NCBI GenBank assembly: GCA_035285165.1
Contig: JAYKHP010000018.1
Span: 145,486-209,485 of the forward strand
Reading direction: 5' to 3'
Origin: Vampirovibrionales bacterium
GTDB lineage: Bacteria; Cyanobacteriota; Vampirovibrionia; Vampirovibrionales; Vampirovibrionaceae
Length of the DNA stretch: 64,000 bases
Below, in pieces: positions 10,834 through 20,876 of this stretch; position 1 is the stretch's first letter, and the number at the start of each line of letters is the position of its first letter. The notes beneath the pieces were generated by a model. The model was not told the DNA's origin, did not search any database, and saw only the letters and a list, made by a program, of their open reading frames with translations. The position numbers were made by a program, and so were the translations under genes.

Positions 10834-13800
10834 ATGAGCATGACCCAATCTACGCCGCTTATTGATAACCCGTCGCCTTTGCCCGTTGCAACGAACATTC
10901 CCGGCGCCACCTACCGTTTCCAGTTTCACAAGGGCTTTACCTTTAACGACGCCATTGCCTTGGTGCCTTATTTAGCCAAATTGGGTATCAGCCATTGTTA
11001 CGCGTCGCCCATCCTCAAGGCCCGGCCGGGCAGCACCCATGGCTATGATATCGTCAACCACCAGCAGCTCAACCCGGAAGTGGGAGACGGCAACTCATTC
11101 GACACGCTTTGCCAGGCGCTGAAAAATCACGGCATCGGCCTTATTGTCGATATCGTGCCCAACCACATGGGGGTTGGCCACGATAACGACTGGTGGGTGG
11201 ACGTTCTGGAGAACGGCCCGGCATCGGAATTCAACAACTATTTCGACATCGACTGGAAGCCTCTCAAAAAGGAACTTTGGGGTAAAATACTTCTCCCCGT
11301 TCTTGGGGAACAATACGGGCAAGTTCTGGAGAACGGCGAGTTCAGCATTCGTTTTGCCGCCGATTGCGGACGGTTTTACCTGGGCTATTACCAGCATAGC
11401 TGGCCGCTTTCACCGAACAGCTACCCGCACCTTCTTCGCCTTGCCGCCGAGGAAAGCCAAGGATCGCAAAAAGTCGCATCACAGGCAGCTCACCTGGACA
11501 ACAGTAGCCTCTTGGAACTGCAAAGTATTATCACCGCCTTTGAAAATTTACCGGAAGGCATTCATCTTAAGCGGGACGCTCTGGAAACCCGCTGGCGCGA
11601 AAAAAAAATTGCGCTAAAACGCCTGGCGGATCTTTGCGCAAAATCGCCTGCCCTGATCCGACTCATCGAAGCGCAGGCAAAACGCTTTAACGAGGCCGCC
11701 AAGCAAGCGGATTTTGCAAAACTCAAATCTTTCCACGAGCTGCTTGAGCGCCAATGCTACCGCCTGGCATTCTGGCGCGTGGCCAGCGATGAAATTAACT
11801 ACCGGCGCTTTTTTGACATCAACGAGCTGGCGGGACTGAATATACAGAACCAGGATGTTTTTGAGAAAACCCATGCCCTGTTGTTTAAGTGGGTTGAAGA
11901 AAAAAAAGTGAGCGGCTTTCGCATTGACCATCCCGACGGTTTGTACGACCCGGCAAAATACTTTGTCAATTTGCAGGAAAAAGCCGCCGCTTCCTTTAAA
12001 CCCGATCAATGGCGGCGCGATCAACTTCCGCTGTATGTGGTGGCCGAAAAAATTCTGGCCCAACATGAGAACCTGCCTGAGGACTGGCCAATTCATGGAA
12101 CGTCCGGGTACGAGTTCGGCAACCGTCTCAACGGTCTTTTTGTCATGCAGTCTTCCGAGGTGGCCTTCAATCGCATTTATGAAAAATTCAGCGGGCGAAG
12201 CGAAGCGTTTGCCAAACAGGTTTACGATTGCAAGCAGTTGATTTTGAAAGAATCACTGTCGAGTGAATTGAACGTGCTGGCCAACAGGCTCTACCAGCTT
12301 TCAGAGCAGGACTGGAAGACGCGCGACTTCACGCTGAATAACCTCCGGCGCGCGCTGGCTGAAATTATCGCCGCCTTTCCGGTCTATCGAACCTATATTA
12401 GGCCACAAACCGAACAGAAAGAGCCCGATCGGAAAGACAAAGACCAGGTGAGCCGAAAAGACAAAGATTACATCCAGTGGGCGGTGCAACTGGCGAAAAA
12501 ACACAGTCCATTGGTGGACACGTCTATTTTCGATTTCATCCACCGCCTGCTGTTGCTGGAATTTGATCCAGGCGCATCAGAAGATTTCAAAAATAATGCC
12601 ACGCACTTTGTGATGAAATTCCAGCAATTAAGCGGCCCTGTGATGGCCAAGGGACTGGAGGACACCTGTTTTTACCGATACAACCGCCTGGCAAGCCTGA
12701 ATGAAGTGGGCGGCGAGCCCCAGCATTTCGGGCTTTCTCCCCAGGCGTTTCACCGGCAAACGCAGGAGCAGTTTAAGAGCTTTCCGCACACCATGCTCAA
12801 CACGTCCACGCATGACTCCAAGCGCTCAGAAGACGTCCGCGCGCGCATCAACGTGCTATCGGAAATTCCCGACTTGTGGGAAAAGCAGTTGGAACGCTGG
12901 ACACGGCTCAACCGCCTGAAAAAGTCCAGCCTCAGTCAAAAGCCGGTGGATATTGAATTAACGCCAGACGAAGAGCTGGCGCCCGATAAAAACGATGAGT
13001 ACCTGCTCTATCAAACCCTGCTGGGGGTATGGCCTTTTCTGGAACTGGAAGATGAAAACCAGGATCACGTCCTGGGTCAGGAGAAGCTGAACACGTTAAA
13101 AGAACGCGTGGGTCAGTATATGATCAAAGCTTGTCGCGAGGCCAAAGTGAATACCAGTTGGCTCAACCCCAACACGGATTACGAAAACGCGTTGCTCAAA
13201 TTCATCGACGCGCTGCTGGCCTATGATGATTCGGCTGACGGCAACAACAATACGTTTCTGGACGATTTCTGCGAGTTTTCCAAGGGCGTTAGCGCACTCG
13301 GCGTACTCAACAGTCTTTCTCAAACACTCATCAAGCTGACCGTTCCAGGCGTGCCCGATATTTACCAGGGCAGCGAGCGCTGGGGATTTAATCTGGTGGA
13401 TCCCGATAACCGACGACCCGTCGATTACCAGGCGCTGGCATCCTTAAGCGAGGCGCTGCCCCTGGATGAAGCCAGTGAGCCAGAGCGGGTTGATTTTCTG
13501 CGCCAATGTATCCAGACCTATGAAACCGGCCTTATCAAGTTTTATCTCAGTGCGGCTTGTCTTCGGTATCGAAAGCAACACGAGCGCTTGCTGCGCGACG
13601 GGGGTTATTTGCCATTGACGGTTGAAAACAGTGACACGGAAGAAGCGGAAGATTGCATTGTCGCTTTTGCGCGCCAGCTAAAGCCCGATGCTGATAATCC
13701 GGCCAACAGAATACTGATTACCGTTGCGCCACGTCTTTGCTACAGCCTGATGAGTAAATCGGGTGTCTCCTCGCAGGATTGCTTGCCTTCAAAGCAAGAA

Positions 13801-14055
13801 ATGCTAAAGATTCTTCAGAATGACGTTTTATGGAAAGGCCTGATCCTGAAATTGCCGCAAGACATTGGGGCTCAAAACTGTCATAATGATGCCGGAAGCA
13901 ATCTTGTAACAGGCACTAGCGCAAGCGATGAAGACACGCGTCGGCTTGCCCGCAACATCCTTAGTGGCAGAACGTTTGCCGTCTATGGCGATTCAATCCC
14001 GCTTGGGGAAATTTTCCGGGACGCCCCGTTGGGATTACTGGAAATTCAGCTTTAA
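10834..14055 (+). CDS. treY: malto-oligosyltrehalose synthase (GH13)
   Basis: The N-terminus GATYRFQFHKGFTFNDAIALVPYLAKLGISHCYASPI, then DIVPNHMG and GFRIDHPDGL, are diagnostic of TreY. 1073 aa, with a C-terminal extension. Confidence 0.85.
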   Translation: MSMTQSTPLIDNPSPLPVATNIPGATYRFQFHKGFTFNDAIALVPYLAKLGISHCYASPILKARPGSTHGYDIVNHQQLNPEVGDGNSFDTLCQALKNHGIGLIVDIVPNHMGVGHDNDWWVDVLENGPASEFNNYFDIDWKPLKKELWGKILLPVLGEQYGQVLENGEFSIRFAADCGRFYLGYYQHSWPLSPNSYPHLLRLAAEESQGSQKVASQAAHLDNSSLLELQSIITAFENLPEGIHLKRDALETRWREKKIALKRLADLCAKSPALIRLIEAQAKRFNEAAKQADFAKLKSFHELLERQCYRLAFWRVASDEINYRRFFDINELAGLNIQNQDVFEKTHALLFKWVEEKKVSGFRIDHPDGLYDPAKYFVNLQEKAAASFKPDQWRRDQLPLYVVAEKILAQHENLPEDWPIHGTSGYEFGNRLNGLFVMQSSEVAFNRIYEKFSGRSEAFAKQVYDCKQLILKESLSSELNVLANRLYQLSEQDWKTRDFTLNNLRRALAEIIAAFPVYRTYIRPQTEQKEPDRKDKDQVSRKDKDYIQWAVQLAKKHSPLVDTSIFDFIHRLLLLEFDPGASEDFKNNATHFVMKFQQLSGPVMAKGLEDTCFYRYNRLASLNEVGGEPQHFGLSPQAFHRQTQEQFKSFPHTMLNTSTHDSKRSEDVRARINVLSEIPDLWEKQLERWTRLNRLKKSSLSQKPVDIELTPDEELAPDKNDEYLLYQTLLGVWPFLELEDENQDHVLGQEKLNTLKERVGQYMIKACREAKVNTSWLNPNTDYENALLKFIDALLAYDDSADGNNNTFLDDFCEFSKGVSALGVLNSLSQTLIKLTVPGVPDIYQGSERWGFNLVDPDNRRPVDYQALASLSEALPLDEASEPERVDFLRQCIQTYETGLIKFYLSAACLRYRKQHERLLRDGGYLPLTVENSDTEEAEDCIVAFARQLKPDADNPANRILITVAPRLCYSLMSKSGVSSQDCLPSKQEMLKILQNDVLWKGLILKLPQDIGAQNCHNDAGSNLVTGTSASDEDTRRLARNILSGRTFAVYGDSIPLGEIFRDAPLGLLEIQL

Positions 14056-14115
14056 ACCTGTCCATTTTAAATCAGTTTCAATTTAAGCATGTCGATTTAG
14101 GATCATACTTTCTTT

Positions 14116-16470
14116 ATGAGTAATGTTATGCCACGCAGCGCACAACCCCTGTTACAAAAAACGGAAAAGCAAGAGAAGAAGGTGCGGGTGCTGCCCGGAA
14201 ACCCCTATCCTCTTGGCGCCACCTGGAACGGGCTTGGCGTCAATTTCGCCCTTTTTTCGGAAAACGCCACACAAGTGGAGCTTTGCCTGTTCGATTCTCC
14301 TGAGGCCACGCAAGAATCCGTTCGCATCGTGATACCGGAATATACCGACCAGGTCTGGCATTGCTATATCCCTGACCTTTTGCCCGGACAGCTTTACGGA
14401 TATCGCGTCCACGGGCCTTATGAGCCGGAAGCGGGGCAACGGTTTAATCCCAGCAAGGTTCTGATGGATCCTTACGCCAAGTCGATAGGCCGTCCGCTGA
14501 AATGGGACAACGCGGTATTTGGCTATACGATCGGACTTCCCGAAGGTGATTTATCATACGACACAACAGACAGCGCCCCTTATGCGCCTCTTGCCGAAGT
14601 CATCGACACAGCCTTTACCTGGGGGGATGACAAGCCGCCGAATATTCCAGGGCATAAAACCATTATTTATGAAGCACACGTGCGCGGGATGACCATGCAG
14701 CATCCCGATATTCCAGAAGCATTGCGCGGCACGTATTCGGGCATCGCCTCCGAACCCATTATCAATTACCTCAAAGACCTCGGCGTCACCGCCATCGAAT
14801 TGTTGCCCATCCACCACTTTATAGATGATCGTTTTCTGCTGGATAAAAAGCTGCGGAACTACTGGGGCTACAACACGCTGTCGTTTTTTGCGCCCGAAGT
14901 GCGCTACAGCAACAAAAACGAAAAAATCAGCCAGGTCAACGAATTCAAAATGATGGTGCGCGCGCTTCACGCGGCAGGCATCGAGGTGATTCTTGACGTG
15001 GTTTATAACCACACCGCCGAAGGCAACCACATGGGCCCGACGCTTGCCTATCGGGGCATCGACAATGCGGCGTATTACCGGCTGGCCGACAACCCGCGCT
15101 ATTACAACGATTTTACAGGCTGCGGCAACACGCTGAACGTAAGGCATCCAAGGGTTCTGCAAATGATCATGGACAGCCTGCGTTACTGGGTCACCGACAT
15201 GCACGTCGATGGCTTTCGCTTTGACCTGGCAAGCGCCTTGGCCAGGGAACTTCATGAGGTGGATAAATTGGGCGCGTTTTTCGACATTATCCACCAGGAT
15301 CCGATTATTTCCCAGGTCAAGCTGATCGCTGAGCCATGGGACTTGGGTGAGGGCGGCTATCAGGTAGGCAACTTCCCCGTTCTTTGGACGGAGTGGAACG
15401 GAAAATACCGCGACACGTTCAGACGGTTTTGGAAAGGCGATTCGGGGCAATTAAGCGAAATGGCCACGCGCCTGACCGGCTCCAGCGATCTCTACGAGAA
15501 CAGTTGCCGAAAGCCCCACGCCAGCATCAACTTTATTACCTGCCACGACGGCTTTACGCTTCATGATCTGGTCAGCTACAACCAGAAACACAACGACGCC
15601 AACCAGGAGGGCGGCCGGGACGGGGAAAGTCACAACAATAGCTGGAACTGCGGAGCTGAAGGCGAGACAAGTGACGCTAAAATCATCAAGCTTCGCCAGA
15701 AGCAGATGCGCAATTTTATGGCGACCTTGCTCCTGTCGCTGGGCGTTCCGATGATTCTGGGAGGCGACGAATTCGCCAGAACACAAAAAGGCAATAATAA
15801 CGTTTACTGCCAGGATAACCCGCTGAGCTGGTATGACTGGTCATTGGCGCAAAAAAACGCCGATTTTCTCGATTTTGTGAAACGGTTAATCCAGCTAAGA
15901 AAGACCCAACCCGTTCTTCAGCGCCGGAAGTTTTTCACCGGCAATATCCTGAAGAACCTGGCAAGCGCAAAAGACGCGGCGGGCAAACAGGCGATCACCC
16001 AAAAAACGGACAGCCCGCAAAACGGGACAGGCAAGACAACCGTCATTTCCATACAGGAAGCATCGGCAACGACCTCACCATCGTCTGAAACCGTCGGGCT
16101 TTCTCCCAGCGCCGATATTTACTGGTTTGACCCCAATGGCAAGGAAATGGCCGACAGCGCCTGGGATAACCCTGAGAACCGGGTACTGGGCGTTATTATG
16201 AATGGCAGTGTCATTAATGAACTGGATGAAGAGGGCAACCACATCGTCGGGGATTCGCTTCTGTTTCTGATTAACGCCCACCATGAGCCGGTAAAGTTTA
16301 TTCTGCCTAAATTCTTAGGGCACACCCAATGGGAGTTGTTGCTGGATACCGCCGAAGAAAAACCTTTTGAAACCCCCGAGGCGATCACCTGGTCGGCAGG
16401 AGACTCCTATGAAATTTGCGATCGCAGCATGGTGCTGCTAAGACTCGGAGCCGATGAGCCGGAGGGCTAA
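14116..16470 (+). CDS. glgX: glycogen debranching enzyme GlgX/TreX (GH13 isoamylase-type)
   Basis: [23 protein letters not shown]-terminus, then [20 protein letters not shown] and [17 protein letters not shown] (GlgX signature). Carries a roughly 60-aa Ser/Thr-rich insertion near the C-terminal domain. Confidence 0.85.
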   Translation: MSNVMPRSAQPLLQKTEKQEKKVRVLPGNPYPLGATWNGLGVNFALFSENATQVELCLFDSPEATQESVRIVIPEYTDQVWHCYIPDLLPGQLYGYRVHGPYEPEAGQRFNPSKVLMDPYAKSIGRPLKWDNAVFGYTIGLPEGDLSYDTTDSAPYAPLAEVIDTAFTWGDDKPPNIPGHKTIIYEAHVRGMTMQHPDIPEALRGTYSGIASEPIINYLKDLGVTAIELLPIHHFIDDRFLLDKKLRNYWGYNTLSFFAPEVRYSNKNEKISQVNEFKMMVRALHAAGIEVILDVVYNHTAEGNHMGPTLAYRGIDNAAYYRLADNPRYYNDFTGCGNTLNVRHPRVLQMIMDSLRYWVTDMHVDGFRFDLASALARELHEVDKLGAFFDIIHQDPIISQVKLIAEPWDLGEGGYQVGNFPVLWTEWNGKYRDTFRRFWKGDSGQLSEMATRLTGSSDLYENSCRKPHASINFITCHDGFTLHDLVSYNQKHNDANQEGGRDGESHNNSWNCGAEGETSDAKIIKLRQKQMRNFMATLLLSLGVPMILGGDEFARTQKGNNNVYCQDNPLSWYDWSLAQKNADFLDFVKRLIQLRKTQPVLQRRKFFTGNILKNLASAKDAAGKQAITQKTDSPQNGTGKTTVISIQEASATTSPSSETVGLSPSADIYWFDPNGKEMADSAWDNPENRVLGVIMNGSVINELDEEGNHIVGDSLLFLINAHHEPVKFILPKFLGHTQWELLLDTAEEKPFETPEAITWSAGDSYEICDRSMVLLRLGADEPEG

Positions 16471-16864
16471 AGTCAATTGGCTGCTTTCGTCAATACGATC
16501 AAATGCCATGATTAAAAAGAATGACTCCGATAACTCTCTCGTTACCCCGTATATACATTCAGCATAAACCTATCGCTTCATTAAAAAAACCATGGAAAAT
16601 TGCGCCCAACAAATGGATTAACCCATTGCAAATATACGAATTTTTAACTATCCTGTTGGCTGTCAAGCAGGGTTGAAACTCAGTTGATACATGTGTTTCT
16701 GGTTTTTCTCAAACGTTGTATCAATCGAATATCCCTTGAAGCTACTCCATATCTATTCGTATTCAAAACCAAGCTTCTCCTTTCTAAAAAACAATCTACA
16801 ATTCGCTTCGTCTTCTTCAATCAGGCACTTCGTTTTGATTAGCCAAAATCGGGAATTGATTTCC

Positions 16865-17644
16865 ATGACCTCCACCATGCTTTCCTCTGCCGTTGCCGTA
16901 ACCTCTTCTTCCCTGAATGAAACATCTCCGGGTGTCACTTTCCAGTCCTTGGCAAGGGATATGCAATGGCGAAAGCTTCTAAGTCTTGAGCCTTTCCATA
17001 TCAGAATCGTTTTTGATGAGAAAAGCACGCTGACAACATTCAAGCTCTGCCAAGGCGTCAAGCGTCTGCTGGATATCGTACTCTCTTTTGGCATTTTGCT
17101 CGCCGCATCGCCTGTGATGCTCGTGACTGCTCTGGCGATTAAACTAACCTCCAAAGGCCCCCTGATTTATAAGAGCTTGCGGATTGGCCAGGGCCAGAAG
17201 CCTTTTTACATGTACAAGTTCAGGACGATGGTGGTCAATGCCGACCAGCAGCGCGAGAAACTGAAACAGGCCAACAAGCTTGAGGGCCAGTTGTTTAAAA
17301 TCAGCAACGATCCGAGAATGACGCCTATTGGCGCCTTTTTAAGAAAGTATAGCCTGGATGAATTCCCGCAGCTCTTGAACGTGCTTCGCGGGGAAATGAG
17401 CCTGGTTGGGCCAAGGCCTTACGTGCCCGATGAAAGCGCTATGTTTAAAGAGCCTTACACGTTGCGCTTCAAAGTAACGCCTGGCGTTACCGGGATGTGG
17501 CAGGTCAGCGGACGCTCCAACCTTAGTTTTGAACAGCTTTCAGAGCTTGACCTGTATTACACGCTGCAATGGAGCCTCTGGCAAGACGTTAAAATCCTGT
17601 TAAAAACACTACCCGCCGTTCTTTTACGCCGTGGGGCGTACTAG
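16865..17644 (+). CDS. undecaprenyl-phosphate sugar phosphotransferase (priming Bac_transf family)
   Basis: LLDIVLSFGILLAASPVMLVTALAIKLTSKGPLIYKSLRIGQGQKPFYMYKFRTM...FPQLLNVLRGEMSLVGPRP matches the bacterial sugar transferase domain. The start is taken at the internal ATG (MTSTM); the 16691 start in the track lies in AT-rich, non-coding-looking sequence. Confidence 0.8.
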   Translation: MTSTMLSSAVAVTSSSLNETSPGVTFQSLARDMQWRKLLSLEPFHIRIVFDEKSTLTTFKLCQGVKRLLDIVLSFGILLAASPVMLVTALAIKLTSKGPLIYKSLRIGQGQKPFYMYKFRTMVVNADQQREKLKQANKLEGQLFKISNDPRMTPIGAFLRKYSLDEFPQLLNVLRGEMSLVGPRPYVPDESAMFKEPYTLRFKVTPGVTGMWQVSGRSNLSFEQLSELDLYYTLQWSLWQDVKILLKTLPAVLLRRGAY

Positions 17645-18032
17645 GTTACGGCTACCCTATGTAAAGAAATGCGAAAAATACAAACCCTTACTTCTTCCTT
17701 TTGTCAATTTCTTTCCCTGTTTCTTGTCTATGTAAATACTCCAGGCTAAATACTCCGGCCAAGTCCCTCGCTTCTGATATTTTCCCAGGTCAAAAAATCC
17801 GGGGTTGGAATACAAATTCGCCGCTTCTTCACTCGTTTTTGTTTAACCTCCCTGTTGACACAGCCTCACTCAAAACATCTTCTTTATCTTTTTTTTCTTT
17901 CCTTCTCTCGAATTTAAAGGCTTCGGCCTCACTTTACCGATATTATATATTTTATATACCATATTCTTTCTCTCCTTATTTCTGACCTGATTTTATCTTT
18001 GTTCCAGCCAACAACAGAAAAGTGGATTAACA

Positions 18033-19157
18033 ATGCTTCACGCCAACAAATGGTTTATGTCCTGCCTTATGGGTATCATCATGACGCAGGCCGTTTTCAC
18101 CACCGTACCCGCATTCTCGCAGGAACTTGAACAAACGCCTGTTATTGAAACCGGAACCAGCACAGCCCCCATCAAGGCGAAAGTCTCCTACAATATCTCC
18201 AACTCCTACAAAATCGGCGTGGGCGACGTCCTCTCACTGGCCGTCTATCCGCAAGAGGAATTCAGCGCAGACAACCTACTGGTTCGTTCCGATGGCGCGG
18301 TGACGTTTCCTAAAATCGGCGAATTTTCGGCTTACGGCAAAAGCGTCAAGGAACTCACCAGTGAGATTAACGCCCAGTTGGGCCACTCGCTTCGTAACCA
18401 CCAGGTGACCATCAATGTCACCAGCACCCGACCCGCCATCTTTTATCTGACCGGCGCCTTCAACAAGCAAGGCCCCTTCCAGATGAGCACCAACTCTCAT
18501 GATCAGAACAATGGCACCGACGCTTACTCTCGCCGCTTTGACCAGGTACTCTCCAACGTCATTGCAAACTCCGGTGGCCTGACGCTCAACGCCGACCTCT
18601 CCCGCGTGCAGATTAAGCATCGCGACAGCGGCAACGTTGAAGTCGTCAACCTGTGGAAAGTGATTCGCGAAGGTTCCTCCGAGGATGATCCGTGGCTCGA
18701 TCCCGGTGACACGGTTCACGTGCCCACCCTGCCCCAGGGCGCCATCATCAGTGATGAAGAATTCAAAATCCTCGCCAATTCCACGCTCGCTCCCACCCAG
18801 TTCCCGGTGCGCGTCGTAGGCGAAGTCATGCAGCCGAATCTGGTCAGGCTTAGCGGCGACTCCCCACTTCTTTCCTCGGCCATCGTTATGGCCGGAGGCT
18901 ATGGCCCGCAGGCCACCAAGAACGCGGTCGCCATCCGTCGCTTTATCGATGACAACCATTTCACCACCCTGTTCGTAAATCCCGAAAAAATGGACTTCAT
19001 TCTCAGGCCGAACGATGTGGTGTATGTCGCCGAAAACAAGTTCTACAAGGCTGGCCGCTATATGGAGCGCCTCAACATGGTTCTCTCTCCCTTCACCAGC
19101 ACCGCAAATGCCGTTGGGATGATGGGTTACGGCGGCTGGAACAACGGCAACCGCTAA
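18033..19157 (+). CDS. wza: polysaccharide export outer-membrane protein (Wza-like; Poly_export + SLBB domains)
   Basis: Signal peptide. YKIGVGDVLSLAVYPQEEFS...VRSDGAVTFPKIGEFSAYGKSVKELTSEI matches the Poly_export domain, with a C-terminal SLBB-like region. Confidence 0.8.
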   Translation: MLHANKWFMSCLMGIIMTQAVFTTVPAFSQELEQTPVIETGTSTAPIKAKVSYNISNSYKIGVGDVLSLAVYPQEEFSADNLLVRSDGAVTFPKIGEFSAYGKSVKELTSEINAQLGHSLRNHQVTINVTSTRPAIFYLTGAFNKQGPFQMSTNSHDQNNGTDAYSRRFDQVLSNVIANSGGLTLNADLSRVQIKHRDSGNVEVVNLWKVIREGSSEDDPWLDPGDTVHVPTLPQGAIISDEEFKILANSTLAPTQFPVRVVGEVMQPNLVRLSGDSPLLSSAIVMAGGYGPQATKNAVAIRRFIDDNHFTTLFVNPEKMDFILRPNDVVYVAENKFYKAGRYMERLNMVLSPFTSTANAVGMMGYGGWNNGNR

Positions 19158-19262
19158 AGCTCGTTCTTGTAATCCCACCTGCTAATCCCATTCCGGCATT
19201 TATTCGCAAGCAACCGCTCTTGTCAGTCTCCACCAATACAAACGTAAAGGTCTTAAAGCATC

Positions 19263-20786
19263 ATGACAACGCAACCCAATACGCTTTCCGCCAACAATAT
19301 CTTCGCAGCCGATGGCCCTGTAGGCAAAGCGGTCAACACCGGCATCGATACGGTGAAGCAGAACAAGAAGCTTTTTGTCAGCGTTCTGCTGTTCACCTGG
19401 CTTTTATCCACTACCGTTACGCTAATCGCCTATAAACCAACCTATGTCTCTAAAGGCATGTTGATGATCAAGGACACCGCCGTCACCGCCAAATACATTA
19501 CGGGTGACAGCTACGAGACGACCACGTCGCTTTCCACCAGTTCCGTCATTAACACAATGGGCCTCTTGAAAGCCGATGCCTACAAGCACAAGCTTTGGGA
19601 CTTCTTCCGCACCTATCACCCCGAAGAGCTGAAAAGCCGCAACATTAAAAACTTCAAGCAGTGGAACGCGTTTTTTGGCAACGGCAGCAAATTGATCAGC
19701 TATTGGAACGCCCCCGGCACCGACTTGATCAACGTCGATTTCAAATGGAGCAATCCTCAAATCGCAACCGAAGGCCTTCAGGTCGTCATCGACACCTTCA
19801 AGGAATTAAGCCTCAACCTGAACCAAAGCGAACAACGCGAGCGTGGCCGCTTTCTCGGCACCCAGATTGAGGATATGCAGCACCGGCTGACCGCTGTTCG
19901 GGAAAAAATCGGCAATATCAAAGAAGCCAACGGCATTGTGGATCTTGCCGAAGAGAACGCCAACATCGCCCGCGCCCGCATCAACCTGAAAACCGACATG
20001 AGCGCGACGCGCGCCGAAGCCAGCGGTAAGCTGAGCCAGTTGTCCGGCTATCAGAGCATGCTCGGAATGTCCGCTAAACAGGCCGTCACCGCTTCCGCAT
20101 TAGGCCGTAATGACGTTTTCGCCAAAATGCAGTCTGAATTGTACGCCCTTCGCTCCGAACGCAACTCTCTGCTGACGCGCTACACGGAAGACAGCGTGAA
20201 GGTTCAGGATGTCGATAACCGCATCAAGCAGTTGGAAGACAACCTTGAAAAGGAAATGAAGCGCACCGTGGGCCACGGTTCCGGCGGACGCGTACCGATG
20301 GCGGTTTCCGATTCCACCCGCGGCGACGCTGTCAGCAGGATGATGGAAGCCAAGGCAGGCGCACTGGAACTTGGCGCAAGAAGTGGGGCGTTGCAACGCT
20401 ACCTGGGAGAACTCGATACCCGCGCCAAGAAACTGAACAAAGTATCGGTTGTCCTGGCGGATCTGAAACTCGAGGAAGCCACGCTGGATGAGTCCCTGAA
20501 AACGCTGAAAGAAAAGGAACTGGATGCCAAGCTGAAGGAAACCCAGACGCTGAGCAACGTGTTCGTGGCTGAACAACCGCAAATCCCGCTTGTTCCAGTT
20601 GCGCCAACCAGAACACATTTTCTGATCATCGACGTGCTGCTTGCCGTCATCGTGGCAGGCCTGGCGATTGCCGCCAAGGAATACCTTGAGCGCCGCAACA
20701 TGATCCCGCAACGCGTTTACCAGCAAGCGGCCATTCTGAACAAGTCCGGCTCAAGTATTTCCGGCCAACCCGCCCCTTCGTTCTAA
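19263..20786 (+). CDS. polysaccharide chain-length determinant / co-polymerase (Wzz/GumC-like PCP; no kinase domain)
   Basis: N-terminal TM after KKLFVSVLLFTWLLSTTVTLIAY, a long coiled-coil periplasmic region and a C-terminal TM (FLIIDVLLAVIVAGLAIAA). No Walker motifs. Confidence 0.7.
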   Translation: MTTQPNTLSANNIFAADGPVGKAVNTGIDTVKQNKKLFVSVLLFTWLLSTTVTLIAYKPTYVSKGMLMIKDTAVTAKYITGDSYETTTSLSTSSVINTMGLLKADAYKHKLWDFFRTYHPEELKSRNIKNFKQWNAFFGNGSKLISYWNAPGTDLINVDFKWSNPQIATEGLQVVIDTFKELSLNLNQSEQRERGRFLGTQIEDMQHRLTAVREKIGNIKEANGIVDLAEENANIARARINLKTDMSATRAEASGKLSQLSGYQSMLGMSAKQAVTASALGRNDVFAKMQSELYALRSERNSLLTRYTEDSVKVQDVDNRIKQLEDNLEKEMKRTVGHGSGGRVPMAVSDSTRGDAVSRMMEAKAGALELGARSGALQRYLGELDTRAKKLNKVSVVLADLKLEEATLDESLKTLKEKELDAKLKETQTLSNVFVAEQPQIPLVPVAPTRTHFLIIDVLLAVIVAGLAIAAKEYLERRNMIPQRVYQQAAILNKSGSSISGQPAPSF

Positions 20787-20876
20787 ATTAAAAGCCCTAA
20801 CGCGTCGTAACGGCCCACCACACTAGCACACTGATCATTGCGGTGATTGGTATGAACTCCCTACGGTGATTATTCT

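Noticed and set aside
14554-15450. 298-aa minus-strand ORF inside glgX
   Set aside because: Antisense shadow ORF; the product is a low-complexity R/V/G-rich sequence with no domain.
16691-16864. Upstream extension of the priming sugar transferase ORF
   Set aside because: The extension lies in AT-rich sequence with a non-protein-like composition (FWFFSNVVSIEYPLKLLHIYSYS). The conserved domain and the TM helix begin after the internal ATG.
18276-19178. 300-aa minus-strand ORF inside wza
   Set aside because: Antisense shadow ORF of a motif-supported polysaccharide export gene.
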